64,000 nt of DNA from a marine bacterium AO1-C (GCA_001890965.1 MLAY01000008.1:296341-360340); one strand, 5' to 3'; positions 28,592-40,135 are shown, numbered from the stretch's first letter. The notes: generated from the letters alone by a model not told the origin. Program-made: numbers and translations.

Positions 28592-30196
28592 TTACTTATT
28601 GATATATCGCTTAGCGATCATTTTGGCGGTTTCTTCCAAGGTCTTCTTGGTGTTTTCCCACTCTTCACCCTTTGGCTTAGTTTTCTTATTTCCAAGAGCA
28701 GCCATCAAGTCTTTGTGATTTAAGTTCAAAGAATCAAGGTATTCTTTCTCAAACTCTTTTACCTTATTGGTAGGGATTTCATTCAAGAAACCATTAGTAG
28801 AAGCATAAATAATAGCTACCTGGTCTTGTACAGTTACCGGAGCATACTGACCTTGCTTCAATACTTCCTGGTTTTTACGTCCCTTCTCAATAGTCAATTG
28901 AGTAGCTGCATCCAAATCAGAACCAAACTTAGCAAAGGCTTCCAACTCACGGAATTGCGCTTGGTCTAGTTTCAAAGTACCCGCTACCTTCTTCATTGTT
29001 TTAATCTGAGCCGAACCACCCACACGAGATACCGAGATACCTACGTTAATCGCAGGGCGAATACCCGCATTAAACAAGTTGGTTTCCAAGAAGATCTGAC
29101 CATCAGTAATAGAAATTACGTTGGTAGGAATATAAGCAGAAACGTCACCTGCTTGAGTTTCAATGATTGGAAGTGCAGTCAATGAACCACCACCTTTTAC
29201 TTTATCTTTGATAGAAGGAGGAATATCGTTCATTTGCTTGGCAATATCATCTGACTCATTAACTTTTGCAGCACGCTCTAACAAGCGGCTGTGCAAGTAG
29301 AATACATCACCAGGATAAGCTTCACGACCAGGAGGACGACGAAGTAATAGAGAAACTTCACGGTAAGCAACTGCTTGCTTAGACAAGTCATCATAAATTA
29401 CCAAGGCAGGACGACCAGTATCACGGAAGTACTCACCAATCGCAGCACCTGTAAATGGAGCAAAGAACTGCATTGGCGCTGGATCAGAAGCAGAAGCAGA
29501 AACTACAGTAGTATAGTTCATCGCTCCAGCATCAGTCAAGGCTTTTACTACCTGAGCTACTGTACTTGCTTTTTGCCCTACGGCTACATATACACAGTAA
29601 ACAGGCTCACCTCTGTCATAAAATTCTTTTTGGTTGATAATGGTGTCAATCGCTACTGCAGTTTTACCAGTCTGACGGTCACCAATAATCAATTCACGTT
29701 GTCCACGACCAATAGGAATCATCGCGTCAATCGCTTTAATTCCAGTTTGTAGAGGCTCATCTACCGGCTGACGGTAAATTACCCCAGGAGCTTTTCGTTC
29801 CAAAGGCATATCATATACTTCGCCTTCGATAGCTCTATCACGATCATCAATAGGCTGAGCCAAAGTATCTACTACTCGGCCAATGATACCTTCACCTACT
29901 TTAATAGAGGCAATCTCTTTGGTACGCTTAACGTTGTCTCCTTCTTTAATACCTGCGGAATCACCGAACAATACAACCCCTACGTTGTCTTCTTCAAGGT
30001 TTAATACCAATCCACGAAGACCGTTATCAAACACTACCAATTCACCGGCCTGGGCTTTGCTAAGTCCATATACACGGGCTACCCCGTCACCAATTTGCAA
30101 TACGGTACCTACTTCCTCTAGTTCGGCTTCGGTTTTAAAGTTAGAAAGCTGCTCTCTTAGAATAGCAGAAACTTCATCGGGTCTAATTTGAGCCAT
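28592..30196 (-). CDS. atpA: F0F1 ATP synthase subunit alpha
   Basis: 534 aa. Alpha-type P-loop GDRQTGKT. Confidence 0.95.
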   Translation of the reverse strand: MAQIRPDEVSAILREQLSNFKTEAELEEVGTVLQIGDGVARVYGLSKAQAGELVVFDNGLRGLVLNLEEDNVGVVLFGDSAGIKEGDNVKRTKEIASIKVGEGIIGRVVDTLAQPIDDRDRAIEGEVYDMPLERKAPGVIYRQPVDEPLQTGIKAIDAMIPIGRGQRELIIGDRQTGKTAVAIDTIINQKEFYDRGEPVYCVYVAVGQKASTVAQVVKALTDAGAMNYTTVVSASASDPAPMQFFAPFTGAAIGEYFRDTGRPALVIYDDLSKQAVAYREVSLLLRRPPGREAYPGDVFYLHSRLLERAAKVNESDDIAKQMNDIPPSIKDKVKGGGSLTALPIIETQAGDVSAYIPTNVISITDGQIFLETNLFNAGIRPAINVGISVSRVGGSAQIKTMKKVAGTLKLDQAQFRELEAFAKFGSDLDAATQLTIEKGRKNQEVLKQGQYAPVTVQDQVAIIYASTNGFLNEIPTNKVKEFEKEYLDSLNLNHKDLMAALGNKKTKPKGEEWENTKKTLEETAKMIAKRYINK

Positions 30197-30220
30197 AATG
30201 AGTATATTTTAATCGCCTTG

Positions 30221-30760
30221 TTAAGAACGAAAATTCTGTTTTAGTTTTTGTAATTGACTTTTGATAGAATTATCCAATTGAGTGTCACCAATACGAATGG
30301 TCATACCACCAATAAGGCTTTCGTCGATTTTGGTTTCGACTTTTATAGTTTTGCCTGTACTCTTCTCGAGGGCGGCTCTCAATTCATCTTTCAAAGGATC
30401 AGAAAGCGCAACTGTACTAGTTACATATACTTCCTGAATATTTTTGTATTTGTTATACTGCTCGCGAAATGCTACGCTAATTGCATACAACATTTCTTCG
30501 CGGCTTCTTCGGGCAAGAATTTCAAAGAGCAAAATCATCACATCAGATACTTTGTTTCCAAAGATATCCTTGAGTACCGCTAGTTTTTTATGCGCCCGAA
30601 TAATTGGGTTATGCATTACTATAAAAAACTGACGGTTTTCGTCATTTACCCGTTGGAAAAGCTCCATGTCTTGCTCTACTTGATCCAATATACCTTTTTC
30701 AATGGCTAGGTCTAGCACCGCTTTGGCATATCGTTGGGCAATTTGATTATCAGACACCAT
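30221..30760 (-). CDS. atpH: F0F1 ATP synthase subunit delta (OSCP)
   Basis: 179 aa. Sits between atpF and atpA. Confidence 0.8.
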   Translation of the reverse strand: MVSDNQIAQRYAKAVLDLAIEKGILDQVEQDMELFQRVNDENRQFFIVMHNPIIRAHKKLAVLKDIFGNKVSDVMILLFEILARRSREEMLYAISVAFREQYNKYKNIQEVYVTSTVALSDPLKDELRAALEKSTGKTIKVETKIDESLIGGMTIRIGDTQLDNSIKSQLQKLKQNFRS

Positions 30761-30813
30761 TTGTTAATACTTTAGATCGTTTGATTTAAAAATTTACACG
30801 GACAAGCAAAAGA

Positions 30814-31308
30814 TTAATTTACCTTAAGGTCGTTGATCAATTCTTTCATCAAACCTTCTTGTTTGTTGTTGTCTGACAACTCACGTTTAAGCAATTTTTC
30901 AGCTACCTCTACCGAAAGCACACTGATTTGGCTTCTGATATCTGCTACAGCAGCTTGTCTTTCTTTCTCAATGGCTTCTTTGGCTGCAGTTTCGGCATCA
31001 CCAACAATTTTATTAGCCTTGGCAGTAGCTTCTTCCAGGTTTTTGTCAGCTATAGCTTTCGCTTCCTTCAATATCTTATCCTTTTCGATACGGGCAGCCT
31101 CTTCCATATTCAATTGTGCCTTTTTAAGCTCTTCTACTTCCTTACGAGCAGTAGCAGCTTCGTCTAAAGCATTCTGAATAGAATCTTCACGATCTCTCAA
31201 AGATTTCATGATAGGTTTCCAGGCATAACGGCTCAATAAAAATAGCACCACCAAGAAGGTGACTGTCTGCCAAAATATCAATCCAATTTCGGGAGTGACT
31301 AATTGCAT
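30814..31308 (-). CDS. atpF: F0F1 ATP synthase subunit b
   Basis: 164 aa. N-terminal TM helix followed by a long charged coiled coil (E/K/A-rich). Confidence 0.85.
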   Translation of the reverse strand: MQLVTPEIGLIFWQTVTFLVVLFLLSRYAWKPIMKSLRDREDSIQNALDEAATARKEVEELKKAQLNMEEAARIEKDKILKEAKAIADKNLEEATAKANKIVGDAETAAKEAIEKERQAAVADIRSQISVLSVEVAEKLLKRELSDNNKQEGLMKELINDLKVN

Positions 31309-31509
31309 TTGTATATAAAGTTTTAGTAAAGACTAGAATAATGATTATTAATGATTGATGATTGATTTTGAATCAATGCTAACATCAAATAATTTCTTGA
31401 TTTTACTTAATTAAATACTTTTCTTAATAAGTGTTTAACTTAGCTCGCTCAATAAAATTAAAACTACAAGCTGACCTAGCGTCAGCCCGTAGTTTATTTT
31501 TCTTTGTAA

Positions 31510-31797
31510 TTATTTCAAAGAGATCAACAGACAGATTACCAATCCAAGAAAGGCAGCTCCCTCAATCAAAGCGGCAGCAAGAATCATGTTACCTCTAATG
31601 TCACCAGCAGCACCTGGGTTACGGGCAATACCTTCTACAGCACTACCACCAATGCGACCAATACCAACACCTGCGCCTAGTGCAACAAGTCCGGCTCCAA
31701 CAGCGGCACCCATCATAGCATAACCAGTACCAGCACTCATGCCTCCTGCAGCTTGCAAGAAAACAGTTGAAATAATAGATAAAATTTGAGCTAACAT
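31510..31797 (-). CDS. atpE: F0F1 ATP synthase subunit c
   Basis: Gly/Ala-rich two-helix hairpin with the conserved acidic residue (AALIEGAAF). The true start may be the internal M (MSAGTGYA...), giving about 76 aa. Confidence 0.85.
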   Translation of the reverse strand: MLAQILSIISTVFLQAAGGMSAGTGYAMMGAAVGAGLVALGAGVGIGRIGGSAVEGIARNPGAAGDIRGNMILAAALIEGAAFLGLVICLLISLK

Positions 31798-31883
31798 AGT
31801 TTTAAACTTATGTAATTGAAAAAAAGAAAAATATTAATTAATAGGAGCACTAGTTGCTCCTGTAACTAATTTCGTTGATATTT

Positions 31884-32978
31884 TTAATGCGAATGTGCAT
31901 CATCGTGATGATGCTCTTCTATTGCAGCTGCAAAATAAGAAGCTGACAACATAGTAAATACATACGCTTGAATAAATGCCACTAATAATTCGAGTAAGTT
32001 CATCAAAATAGCGAAAGCTGTCGCTGCAACTCCTACTCCTATGTTGGCAAAGATAAAGGTCAAACCAAAGAAACTTAACATTACAATGTGACCTGCAGTA
32101 ATGTTGGCAAACAATCGGATCATCAAAGAGAAAGGCTTAATAAACATCCCTACGATCTCGATAGGTACCAGGATTATGTAAAGTCCCTTAGGTACAGGAG
32201 GTAAGAAAATGTGCGCCCAATAGTTACGATTACCACTCAAAGTAGTGATAACAAACGTAATCAAGGCTAATACCATAGTCACGGCAATGTTTCCAGTAAG
32301 GTTGGCAGCAGCAGGTGTTAAACCTAACATATTACCAAACCAAATAAAGAAAAATATAGTGAGTAAATAAGGGGTGTATCTTTCGTACTTAGGACCAATG
32401 TTTTCTTTAGCAATATCATCTCTTATGAAAAGAATGATAGGCTCAAAAAATGATTGTATACCTCGGGGAGCTTTACCAGCGTTCTTTTTATAACCTTTGG
32501 CTACACTAAAAAACACTAACATCAGCAAGGTAACAGTCAAGAACAATGAAGCTACGTTTTTTGTAATAGAAAAATCTAATACTTTACCACCATTGGCTAG
32601 CTTAAAGTGGCCATGATTGTATATGTATATATTTTTACCGCGCTGAAACTTAATACCTGCATGGCCTTCTTTGCCATGGTCTTTCTCTCCTTTTTCTCCA
32701 TGTCCTGTCTCTCCATGTCCCTCTCCACCTTTCTTAGGTTCTGCGTGAGGAATGGCAGAAGACATAAAAATATCTAGTCCGTTGTCAGTATATAATATTA
32801 CAGGCAATGGAATAGAAACTCCGTGAAAAATCTCCCACTTGTGATCATCACCTACGTGGTGCATAATCATATCTTTAAGATCTGTTGCATCAAACTTCTT
32901 TTCTTCTTTACCACCTTTTGCTTGGGCAAATTGAAAAAGACACAGGAGGCCAACCAGTAATAGCGTTTTTTTAAGCAT
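31884..32978 (-). CDS. atpB: F0F1 ATP synthase subunit a
   Basis: 364 aa with a signal-like N-terminus. Conserved motif RLFANITAGH with the essential Arg. Confidence 0.85.
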   Translation of the reverse strand: MLKKTLLLVGLLCLFQFAQAKGGKEEKKFDATDLKDMIMHHVGDDHKWEIFHGVSIPLPVILYTDNGLDIFMSSAIPHAEPKKGGEGHGETGHGEKGEKDHGKEGHAGIKFQRGKNIYIYNHGHFKLANGGKVLDFSITKNVASLFLTVTLLMLVFFSVAKGYKKNAGKAPRGIQSFFEPIILFIRDDIAKENIGPKYERYTPYLLTIFFFIWFGNMLGLTPAAANLTGNIAVTMVLALITFVITTLSGNRNYWAHIFLPPVPKGLYIILVPIEIVGMFIKPFSLMIRLFANITAGHIVMLSFFGLTFIFANIGVGVAATAFAILMNLLELLVAFIQAYVFTMLSASYFAAAIEEHHHDDAHSH

Positions 32979-33014
32979 TTTATTATATATGATAGTCTCT
33001 ATTTTTCGTACTTT

Positions 33015-33413
33015 TTACTCTGATGTCTCAGATTTTGCGCGCAAATTACCCAACAGGAAATAAATTTCAAAAACAAAGTACAAGAAATAAAACACAAAGA
33101 AATTTATCACAAACAGGTTACGTCCTTCTATTCTGAGAAAAATGCAAATAAACACAAAAATTATACTCAAAAAGAAGCGAACCCCAATAGAGGTAAAATA
33201 GTATTTATGAAAGCCGTCAGGGTTGGCTTTCATTCCATAAGAAGTAATGAAAGTGGTAAGCAAAGAGCTAAGTACAAAAAAAGCCAATAAGCCCCACTTG
33301 GAAAAGTGCATCAAGGTATACTTCTCGATAAAAATATCCACGATGATGAATAACAACGCAATTAAAGAAGGAATACCAATCTGTTTCAGATGTTTCTGCA
33401 TATTAGAATACAA
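33015..33413 (-). CDS. small polytopic membrane protein upstream of atpB (AtpI-like candidate)
   Basis: 132 aa with four hydrophobic segments. The call rests on position only. Confidence 0.4.
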   Translation of the reverse strand: MYSNMQKHLKQIGIPSLIALLFIIVDIFIEKYTLMHFSKWGLLAFFVLSSLLTTFITSYGMKANPDGFHKYYFTSIGVRFFLSIIFVFICIFLRIEGRNLFVINFFVFYFLYFVFEIYFLLGNLRAKSETSE

Positions 33414-33426
33414 TTAATCCTAGTTT

Positions 33427-33636
33427 CTAGCCAGAAAGTTTTTTTATCAAAAGAAAAATGGCACCAATTGAAGCGCCAAAAGAAAAGATAAGAGTAAAAA
33501 CCGGGGTTTCCAGTGCTAACTGTTTATCTATCCATTTGCCACCTAAAACTGATGCCACAATTAATATTACCATTTCCATGGCAATAGAAGAATAACGTAC
33601 ATAGTCGTTAGACGACTTGTTTTTGTTTTGAGTCAT
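33427..33636 (-). CDS. small membrane protein, AtpZ/AtpI-like candidate
   Basis: The ORF 33427-33717 overlaps the bactofilin 3' end. A plausible start is the internal M (MTQNKNK...). It has one or two TM helices. Confidence 0.3.
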   Translation of the reverse strand: MTQNKNKSSNDYVRYSSIAMEMVILIVASVLGGKWIDKQLALETPVFTLIFSFGASIGAIFLLIKKLSG

Positions 33637-34054
33637 GGGCGTTTTTCTTGGTGTTATCGTTGATTTTGATCTCTTTGACCATATTACCCATTTTACAGCT
33701 TCCGTTAGAAACTGCACCAGCTTCTACAATTAGTTTATTACAAACAATGTCGCCATTGATTACGGCAGTAGATTTAAGTGTAAGCAAGTCTACAATCTCG
33801 ATCAAGCCCTTTACTTCTCCTGAGATTTCAGCGTTTTGAGCCAAAATACTTCCCTGAAGCGAAGAAGTTTCTCCTAATACTACTCTCGACTTACTTTTAA
33901 TATTACCTACTATTTTTCCATCCAGGCGAACAGGGCCATAGGTCTCAATATTACCATCTAAAATGGCTCCTTTACCAATACGGGTTTCTGCGTTACTCAA
34001 TTCTGTAATATCTTTTTTAGTTTCTTTGCTTGTGTTGTTTCCAAATACAGCCAT
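33608..34054 (-). CDS. bactofilin (polymer-forming cytoskeletal protein)
   Basis: 148 aa. Beta-helical repeat signature (GKGAILDGNIETYGPVRLDGKIVGNIKSKSRVVLGETSSLQGSI...). Confidence 0.8.
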   Translation of the reverse strand: MAVFGNNTSKETKKDITELSNAETRIGKGAILDGNIETYGPVRLDGKIVGNIKSKSRVVLGETSSLQGSILAQNAEISGEVKGLIEIVDLLTLKSTAVINGDIVCNKLIVEAGAVSNGSCKMGNMVKEIKINDNTKKNAHDSKQKQVV

Positions 34055-34078
34055 GAAAATATTATTTTAGGTAGTTAA

Positions 34079-34960
34079 TTAAAATGAAACAAATTCCTCG
34101 GGATTTACGGGACTCCCCTTATACCATAACTCAAAATGCAAACGAGGCTTGGTACTGGTCTTATTATCAAGCAAAGCAATAGCCTCACCTGCTTTTACAA
34201 AACTACCTGTTTTACGTTTTTTAAACAAAGCAGTACAATGGGTGTAAACCGAGATTAGATTTGACTGATGTTGTATAGCCACTACATATCCTTTGTCACT
34301 TGTCCAGGAAGTCATAATGATTGTACCATCAGCAATAGAAGCTACTGGGCTTTTTTGCTGCTTGGCTACAATATCTACTCCATAGTTTTTCTGACGAGGA
34401 TTATATTTCTTAGCAATTACTCCTTTTAAAGGAGCAAACAAATACAATGATTTTAGATTTTGAGATCCTTCGTTACTGGTAAGATAACTGGTAGTGTTGG
34501 GCGATGAACCCTCAAATTCTTCACGAAGTTTGCGATCATTGGCATCTATATGATCGGGATTGATAGAATCAGAAACTTTACGAATCGTAGGGGCTAGAAC
34601 TTTTCCAGTATCTTTGTCATTAAAATACTTCACCTTCCCTCCCATTACGTTTCTAAAATTATTAATAAAAAAGTCTCTGCCTTGAACCTGGGCTGAGAGC
34701 GAATCTATCTTTGTGTTCAAGATCTTTACTCTGCGCACAAATTCGGCCCCATTATCACTGGTGAGTTGACCTTCACTAAAAAAGCGTTGAGATATAAAAA
34801 AACCTAAACTGAACACAAGTCCAAAAAAAAGAGTGGCCACGAAAATAAGGGCAGAATAAGTATAAGGTATTTGCTTCTTCTCTTCTAGGCTTTCTTCGTT
34901 TTTGATAATTAGCCTATACCGGGTAGTAAGCCAATTAGATAATGTTTTCTTTACTTTCAA
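34079..34960 (-). CDS. M23 family (LytM-like) metallopeptidase
   Basis: 293 aa. N-terminal TM segment, a coiled region, and a C-terminal M23 signature (GVDI...G..I.A...G.V...HFELWYKGSPVNP). Confidence 0.8.
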   Translation of the reverse strand: MKVKKTLSNWLTTRYRLIIKNEESLEEKKQIPYTYSALIFVATLFFGLVFSLGFFISQRFFSEGQLTSDNGAEFVRRVKILNTKIDSLSAQVQGRDFFINNFRNVMGGKVKYFNDKDTGKVLAPTIRKVSDSINPDHIDANDRKLREEFEGSSPNTTSYLTSNEGSQNLKSLYLFAPLKGVIAKKYNPRQKNYGVDIVAKQQKSPVASIADGTIIMTSWTSDKGYVVAIQHQSNLISVYTHCTALFKKRKTGSFVKAGEAIALLDNKTSTKPRLHFELWYKGSPVNPEEFVSF

Positions 34961-35345
34961 TGTGGTATTATTTTGTTACACATCCGGACTGTCCCCACAA
35001 ATTCAATGCAAAGTAACGTATTTTTATTCACATGGGGTGTTAATTTGCCGAAAAAACTAATTGAATGTAAGTTTTTTATGTAATTTTGATATTGTGTTTT
35101 AGGCAAAATTTGCCAGACAATATTCTAATAAAAAAACAGTCTAAAACCTTGTTGTAAAGACCTTGCCAGTCTTTACTTTTGAAAGGTATATACCCTTAAC
35201 TCACATGAAATAATCAGGAATATCTCCATTTTTTTGTACTCCATAAAGTATTGGTAATGAGGAGATGTTATTTAATTATTTCTCTGTTACTTAGCATAAG
35301 CTCTGTGTAATTAAAGATAAAGACAAAAACCCAAATATAAAAGTT

Positions 35346-37490
35346 TTGAAGAGTTTTAAGATTTTCGTTGTTACCCTCCTTTTTGCAGGCGCTATACTCC
35401 AGGCCTGTAAACCTTACCATAATGTAACTGCACGCTATAATGCCTATTTTCTAGCCAATGAACGCATGCAGGAAATAGAAAAGAAAATGTTCTTGAAACG
35501 TACCGAAGACTATAATAAGGTCTTGGATGTGCATCCTTTTATAGATACCAACACTATGAAGCAGCACGATGCGGATATTAAATACTGTCTTGAGAAAGCA
35601 GCTATCATTTATCACAAACACGAGGAAAGTAACTGGATGGATGATGCTTATTATGTGATTGCTAAGTCTCGCTTTTATGCCCGCAATTACGAACAAGCAG
35701 TGGTAGGTTTAAAATTTGTCAATACTCAGAGCGAAGATGATAATTTGCGTCATAAGTCTTTAATCTTCTTAATTCGAACTTTTTTACGTGTAAAGCAAGA
35801 TCGCAACGCACTTACTGTAATTAATTATTTGCGACAACAAGAGCTTAGTAAAGAAAACTTGCGTGAGTTTTTGATCATGCGGGCACATTATTATCGCACC
35901 AAACTTAACTACAAAAGAGCTTTGCGTTATTTGGCTCAAGCAGTAAAGTTGATGCCTCGGGGAGAACGTAAAGGGCGCATTCATTTTATAGTGGGTCAAA
36001 TGTATCAACGTTTTGGAAAGTTCCAAGAGGCTTATACCAATTACCGTTCAGTTTTAAGAAATAATCCGCCTTATGAATTGGCCTTTTATGCTCGCCTAAA
36101 AATGACTCAGGTTTCGGATGTACAAGATGATAAAGATGTACGCAAAGCGCGTAGGTATTTCCGTAGACTATTGCGTGATGTTAAAAACAAAGAGTATCAC
36201 GACAAAATTTACTATGAAATGGCTCTGTTTGAACTTCGTCAAGATAGTACAAATCGAGCAGTAGCTATGCTCAAAAAATCTATTGACGAGAGTGCTGGAA
36301 ATAAGGTGCAAAAAGCCTACTCCTATTTAAAATTAGGGGAAGTACACTACCGTCCTTTAGAAAAGTACGAATTAGCTAAAAAGTATTATGATAGTGCGAT
36401 GGTAAGTCTACCTAAAAATGTAGAAAACTATCGTTTGATCAGTCGTAGGGCGCGTATTCTGGGAGATTTTGTAAAATACCTCAATACTGTTCGTCTGGAG
36501 GATAGCTTGCAACGAATGGCCAAAATGGATACGTTAAAACTAGCCGCTTATTTAGACAAATCTTTGAAAGCCCAAAAAGAAAAAGAATACGACGAAGAAC
36601 AACGCCTGAAAAAAATTGCTGAAGAAAGAGCCAAGCGTAATAGAGGAGGAAATACTAGTACATTGAAAGAATTACAAACCAATGTCTGGTATTTTTATAA
36701 CCCTCAGCTGGTTACTCAAGGGCAAATTAAGTTTGATCAAAAATGGCAAAACCGTCCATTAGAAGACAACTGGCGTCGTAGAAACAAAGATCCAGAAGAG
36801 CCCGATTCTTTGTTTAAAACTGTTGACAAGAAAGGTCCTAGCAAGGAAGAAGTAGTTGCCAAAAGAGTTAAAGAAGCCAAAGCAGAGCTTTATAAAATTA
36901 TACCTTTTACTAAGGAAGCCTTAAAAGCTTCGCATAAGCGTTTAGAAGATGGCTTTTATGAATTGGGTAAAATTTATAACCTACACTTGGGAGAAGACAA
37001 AAAAGCAGTGGGTGCCTTTGAAGAATTGTTGAAACGTTACCCTACTACTCAATACGAGCCTGAAGTGCTTTACTTCCTATACCTAATCAATCAAAATCTG
37101 AAAAATAAAAGTCGCAGGACATACTATAAGGATCAGGTGCTAAGAAAGTTTCCTAATTCTGTGTATGCCAGCATGATCAAAAACCCAAATTGGATAAAAG
37201 AAGCCAAAAAACACGAAAAGGAAGTAAAAGATGCCTACAAGAAAGCCTATGAAGCTTATGAGGCTTTGCGTTATGAAGAATCTCAACAGATCATGGATGG
37301 TATTCTCAAAAAATTTCCCCAGAACCTGATACAGGATCGCTTTGCTCTATTGCAAGTACTGATTATTAGCCGAACCAAATCTCGTGAGGCACGAGAAGAA
37401 GCTTTACAGCAGTTTCTAAAAGATTACCCAGGAAGTAAATTGAAAAAGTTTGCTAATGAGTTACTAAAGAAGTCAAAAGCCATGCAGTAA
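35346..37490 (+). CDS. tetratricopeptide-repeat lipoprotein
   Basis: 714 aa. Lipoprotein signal (LLFAGAILQACKP) and multiple TPR-like helical repeats. Confidence 0.7.
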   Translation: MKSFKIFVVTLLFAGAILQACKPYHNVTARYNAYFLANERMQEIEKKMFLKRTEDYNKVLDVHPFIDTNTMKQHDADIKYCLEKAAIIYHKHEESNWMDDAYYVIAKSRFYARNYEQAVVGLKFVNTQSEDDNLRHKSLIFLIRTFLRVKQDRNALTVINYLRQQELSKENLREFLIMRAHYYRTKLNYKRALRYLAQAVKLMPRGERKGRIHFIVGQMYQRFGKFQEAYTNYRSVLRNNPPYELAFYARLKMTQVSDVQDDKDVRKARRYFRRLLRDVKNKEYHDKIYYEMALFELRQDSTNRAVAMLKKSIDESAGNKVQKAYSYLKLGEVHYRPLEKYELAKKYYDSAMVSLPKNVENYRLISRRARILGDFVKYLNTVRLEDSLQRMAKMDTLKLAAYLDKSLKAQKEKEYDEEQRLKKIAEERAKRNRGGNTSTLKELQTNVWYFYNPQLVTQGQIKFDQKWQNRPLEDNWRRRNKDPEEPDSLFKTVDKKGPSKEEVVAKRVKEAKAELYKIIPFTKEALKASHKRLEDGFYELGKIYNLHLGEDKKAVGAFEELLKRYPTTQYEPEVLYFLYLINQNLKNKSRRTYYKDQVLRKFPNSVYASMIKNPNWIKEAKKHEKEVKDAYKKAYEAYEALRYEESQQIMDGILKKFPQNLIQDRFALLQVLIISRTKSREAREEALQQFLKDYPGSKLKKFANELLKKSKAMQ

Positions 37491-37861
37491 AAAATACTTT
37501 AGTGAAAAATGAAAAACTAAAAGTGAAAAGTGGGCGCGAAGCGGAAATTAATCGATAGTTGTTTTTTAGTCAATGGTCCATAGTATTGCTACGCATCGCG
37601 CAACACGTTGTCTTAAGCGTAACCGAAGGCACTAACAATAGAACAATCTGCCGAAGGCGGAAAAATGAAACAATAGAAATTAATCAATTCATAATTAATA
37701 ATTCCCTGTTAACCAATAGTCATTAATCTCTAATAATTCATAATTAACCATTAAATCTAAAGGGTTACTTCCTATTTTTTTTTGTATAAAGAGCATTATT
37801 AGGCAATAACTATATCAAAAATCACTAATTTTGAAACACTATTTAAAAACACTATTTCACA

Positions 37862-40111
37862 ATGGGTAAGAAAGACAGACCATTTTATAAAAAAGGATAC
37901 TGGCGGCTTATTATGTTTATATGGACTAGTTTTCTGGTAGTGGTACTAGGAACAGTTCTTTATTTTACCGCATTAGAACATGATTTTATGGGCTTTTTTG
38001 GTCCAATTCCTAGCTTAGAGACCTTAGAAAACCCCAAAACTGAACTAGCTTCTGAAATTTATTCAGCAGATGGCAAGCTGATGGGTAAATATTACCGGGA
38101 AAATCGTAGTCCCGTAGAATATGAAGAAATCTCTCCTTATTTGATCAATGCTTTGATTGCTACTGAAGATATCCGTTATGAAGATCACTCGGGAATAGAT
38201 CTCAAAGGACTAATTAGGGCAGTAGTAAAACTGGGGAAAGATGGAGGAGCCAGTACTATTACCCAACAATTGGCCAAAAACCTTTACCGTACCCGTGGTG
38301 CCCAAAGCAAAGGAAAACTTCATGACTACCCTGTAATTGGCTTTTTTGTATCAAAAACAAAAGAGTGGGTAACTGCTATAAAAATAGAACGCAATTATAC
38401 CAAGAAAGAGATTATTACCATGTATCTCAATACAGTAGAGTTTGGTAGTAATGCCTTTGGAATTCAGACTGCTGCACGTACCTTCTTTGACAAACACCCT
38501 AGTCAACTTAATGTACCTGAATCAGCAGTATTGGTAGGTTTATTAAAAGCACCTACTCGTTACAGTCCTATTTCCAGCCCTGAAAGATCGAAGCGGCGAA
38601 GAAATACTGTACTCGAACAAATGCAAAAGTACAAGTTTATTACCGCAGCCCAGGCATCTTATTTTAAGTCTCAAGAAACTCAATTGCGTTTTGGAGTAGA
38701 AGACCACATTGGAGGTATTGCTCCCTATTTTAGAGAAGAGGCCAAAAAATTCTTGAAAAAATGGGCGAAAGAGTCAGGCCATGATCTTTATACTGACGGA
38801 CTTAGAATTTATACCACTATTGACTCTCGTATGCAAGCTTACGCTGAAAAGGTGATGCAAAAGCATATGAAAGAACAACAAAAGATATTTTATAATCACT
38901 GGAAAGGACGTAACCCCTGGGTAGATGCTTTTAATGTGGAGTTACCCAACTTCATAGAAAACCTGGCAAAAGCCACCACTCAGTATCGTGCCTTTAAAAA
39001 GATGTATGGTGGAGATACAACCAAGATCAAGCGGGCTATGAACACCCCAGTAAAGATACGGGTTTTCTCTTGGGGAGGTGAAAAAGACACCTTATTAAGC
39101 CCGATGGATTCTCTACGTTATTATAAACACTTTTTGCATACTGGTTTTATGTCAATGGAGCCTACTAGTGGGCACGTAAAAGCCTGGGTAGGAGGAATCA
39201 ATTATAAATACTTCCAGTATGATCACGTAAAACAAGGTCGTCGTCAACCTGGCTCTACCTTTAAACCTATTGTGTATGCGTCTGCTATTAATAATGGTTA
39301 TACCCCTTGTCACCAATTTGTAGATCAGCCTGTAGCTTTTAGGGGCGAAGGTGGTGGTACTTGGGTGGCTCGTAATGCGACACTGTCTTACACTGGTCAA
39401 CCTATGACTTTACGTCAAGCATTAGGGCAATCTATTAACTCGGTTACCGCAGGATTGACGAAAGCTATTGGTTTGCGAGAAATCGTTAAACACGCAGAAG
39501 AATTAGGAATTGCTTCACCTTTGCGTTCGGTACCTTCTTTATGCCTTGGCTCAAGCGAGGTTACGCTATACGAAATGTTGGGCGCCTACAGTACTTTTGT
39601 AAATAAGGGTAAACATACTGAACCCTTGTTTATCACTCGTATAGAGGATCGTAATGGTAACCTGGTAAAAGAATTTATTCCCAAAGTAACCCGAGTGCTG
39701 GATGAACAAACTGCTTATACGATGTTGCATATGCTAAGGGCAGCATTGGAACCAGGGGGAACTTCTACTCGCTTATGGGGATATGGCGTAGCCAATCGTA
39801 ATCAGGTAGGTGGTAAAACCGGAACTACACAGAACAACTCTGATGCTTGGTTTATTGGGGTAACCAAAGATTTAGTATCTGGAGCCTGGGTAGGTGGCGA
39901 TAATCGTAGTATTCGTTTTAGAAGTATCGTGTTTGGGCAAGGAGCAGTATTGGCTTTACCAATGTGGGGATTGTACATGCAGAAAGTTTATGGCGATAAA
40001 GAACTTCCTTATACTCGTGGAGTGTTTGATCGTCCTGATAAGGCAGATATTGAGCTGGATTGTGCTAAAATGCGAGAAAAACGAGCCAAAATGTTATTAG
40101 AAGAAGAATAA
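37862..40111 (+). CDS. class A penicillin-binding protein (PBP1A-type bifunctional transglycosylase/transpeptidase)
   Basis: 749 aa. N-terminal TM anchor, GT51 motifs (ATEDIRYEDHSGID, QQLAKN), transpeptidase motif SxxK (GSTFKP), and KTGT. Confidence 0.9.
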   Translation: MGKKDRPFYKKGYWRLIMFIWTSFLVVVLGTVLYFTALEHDFMGFFGPIPSLETLENPKTELASEIYSADGKLMGKYYRENRSPVEYEEISPYLINALIATEDIRYEDHSGIDLKGLIRAVVKLGKDGGASTITQQLAKNLYRTRGAQSKGKLHDYPVIGFFVSKTKEWVTAIKIERNYTKKEIITMYLNTVEFGSNAFGIQTAARTFFDKHPSQLNVPESAVLVGLLKAPTRYSPISSPERSKRRRNTVLEQMQKYKFITAAQASYFKSQETQLRFGVEDHIGGIAPYFREEAKKFLKKWAKESGHDLYTDGLRIYTTIDSRMQAYAEKVMQKHMKEQQKIFYNHWKGRNPWVDAFNVELPNFIENLAKATTQYRAFKKMYGGDTTKIKRAMNTPVKIRVFSWGGEKDTLLSPMDSLRYYKHFLHTGFMSMEPTSGHVKAWVGGINYKYFQYDHVKQGRRQPGSTFKPIVYASAINNGYTPCHQFVDQPVAFRGEGGGTWVARNATLSYTGQPMTLRQALGQSINSVTAGLTKAIGLREIVKHAEELGIASPLRSVPSLCLGSSEVTLYEMLGAYSTFVNKGKHTEPLFITRIEDRNGNLVKEFIPKVTRVLDEQTAYTMLHMLRAALEPGGTSTRLWGYGVANRNQVGGKTGTTQNNSDAWFIGVTKDLVSGAWVGGDNRSIRFRSIVFGQGAVLALPMWGLYMQKVYGDKELPYTRGVFDRPDKADIELDCAKMREKRAKMLLEEE

Positions 40112-40135
40112 AGATCTTTATTCATATACAATAAG

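Noticed and set aside
29375-31177. Plus-strand ORFs inside atpA, atpH and atpF
   Set aside because: They are antisense to highly conserved ATP synthase genes and are compositional artefacts.
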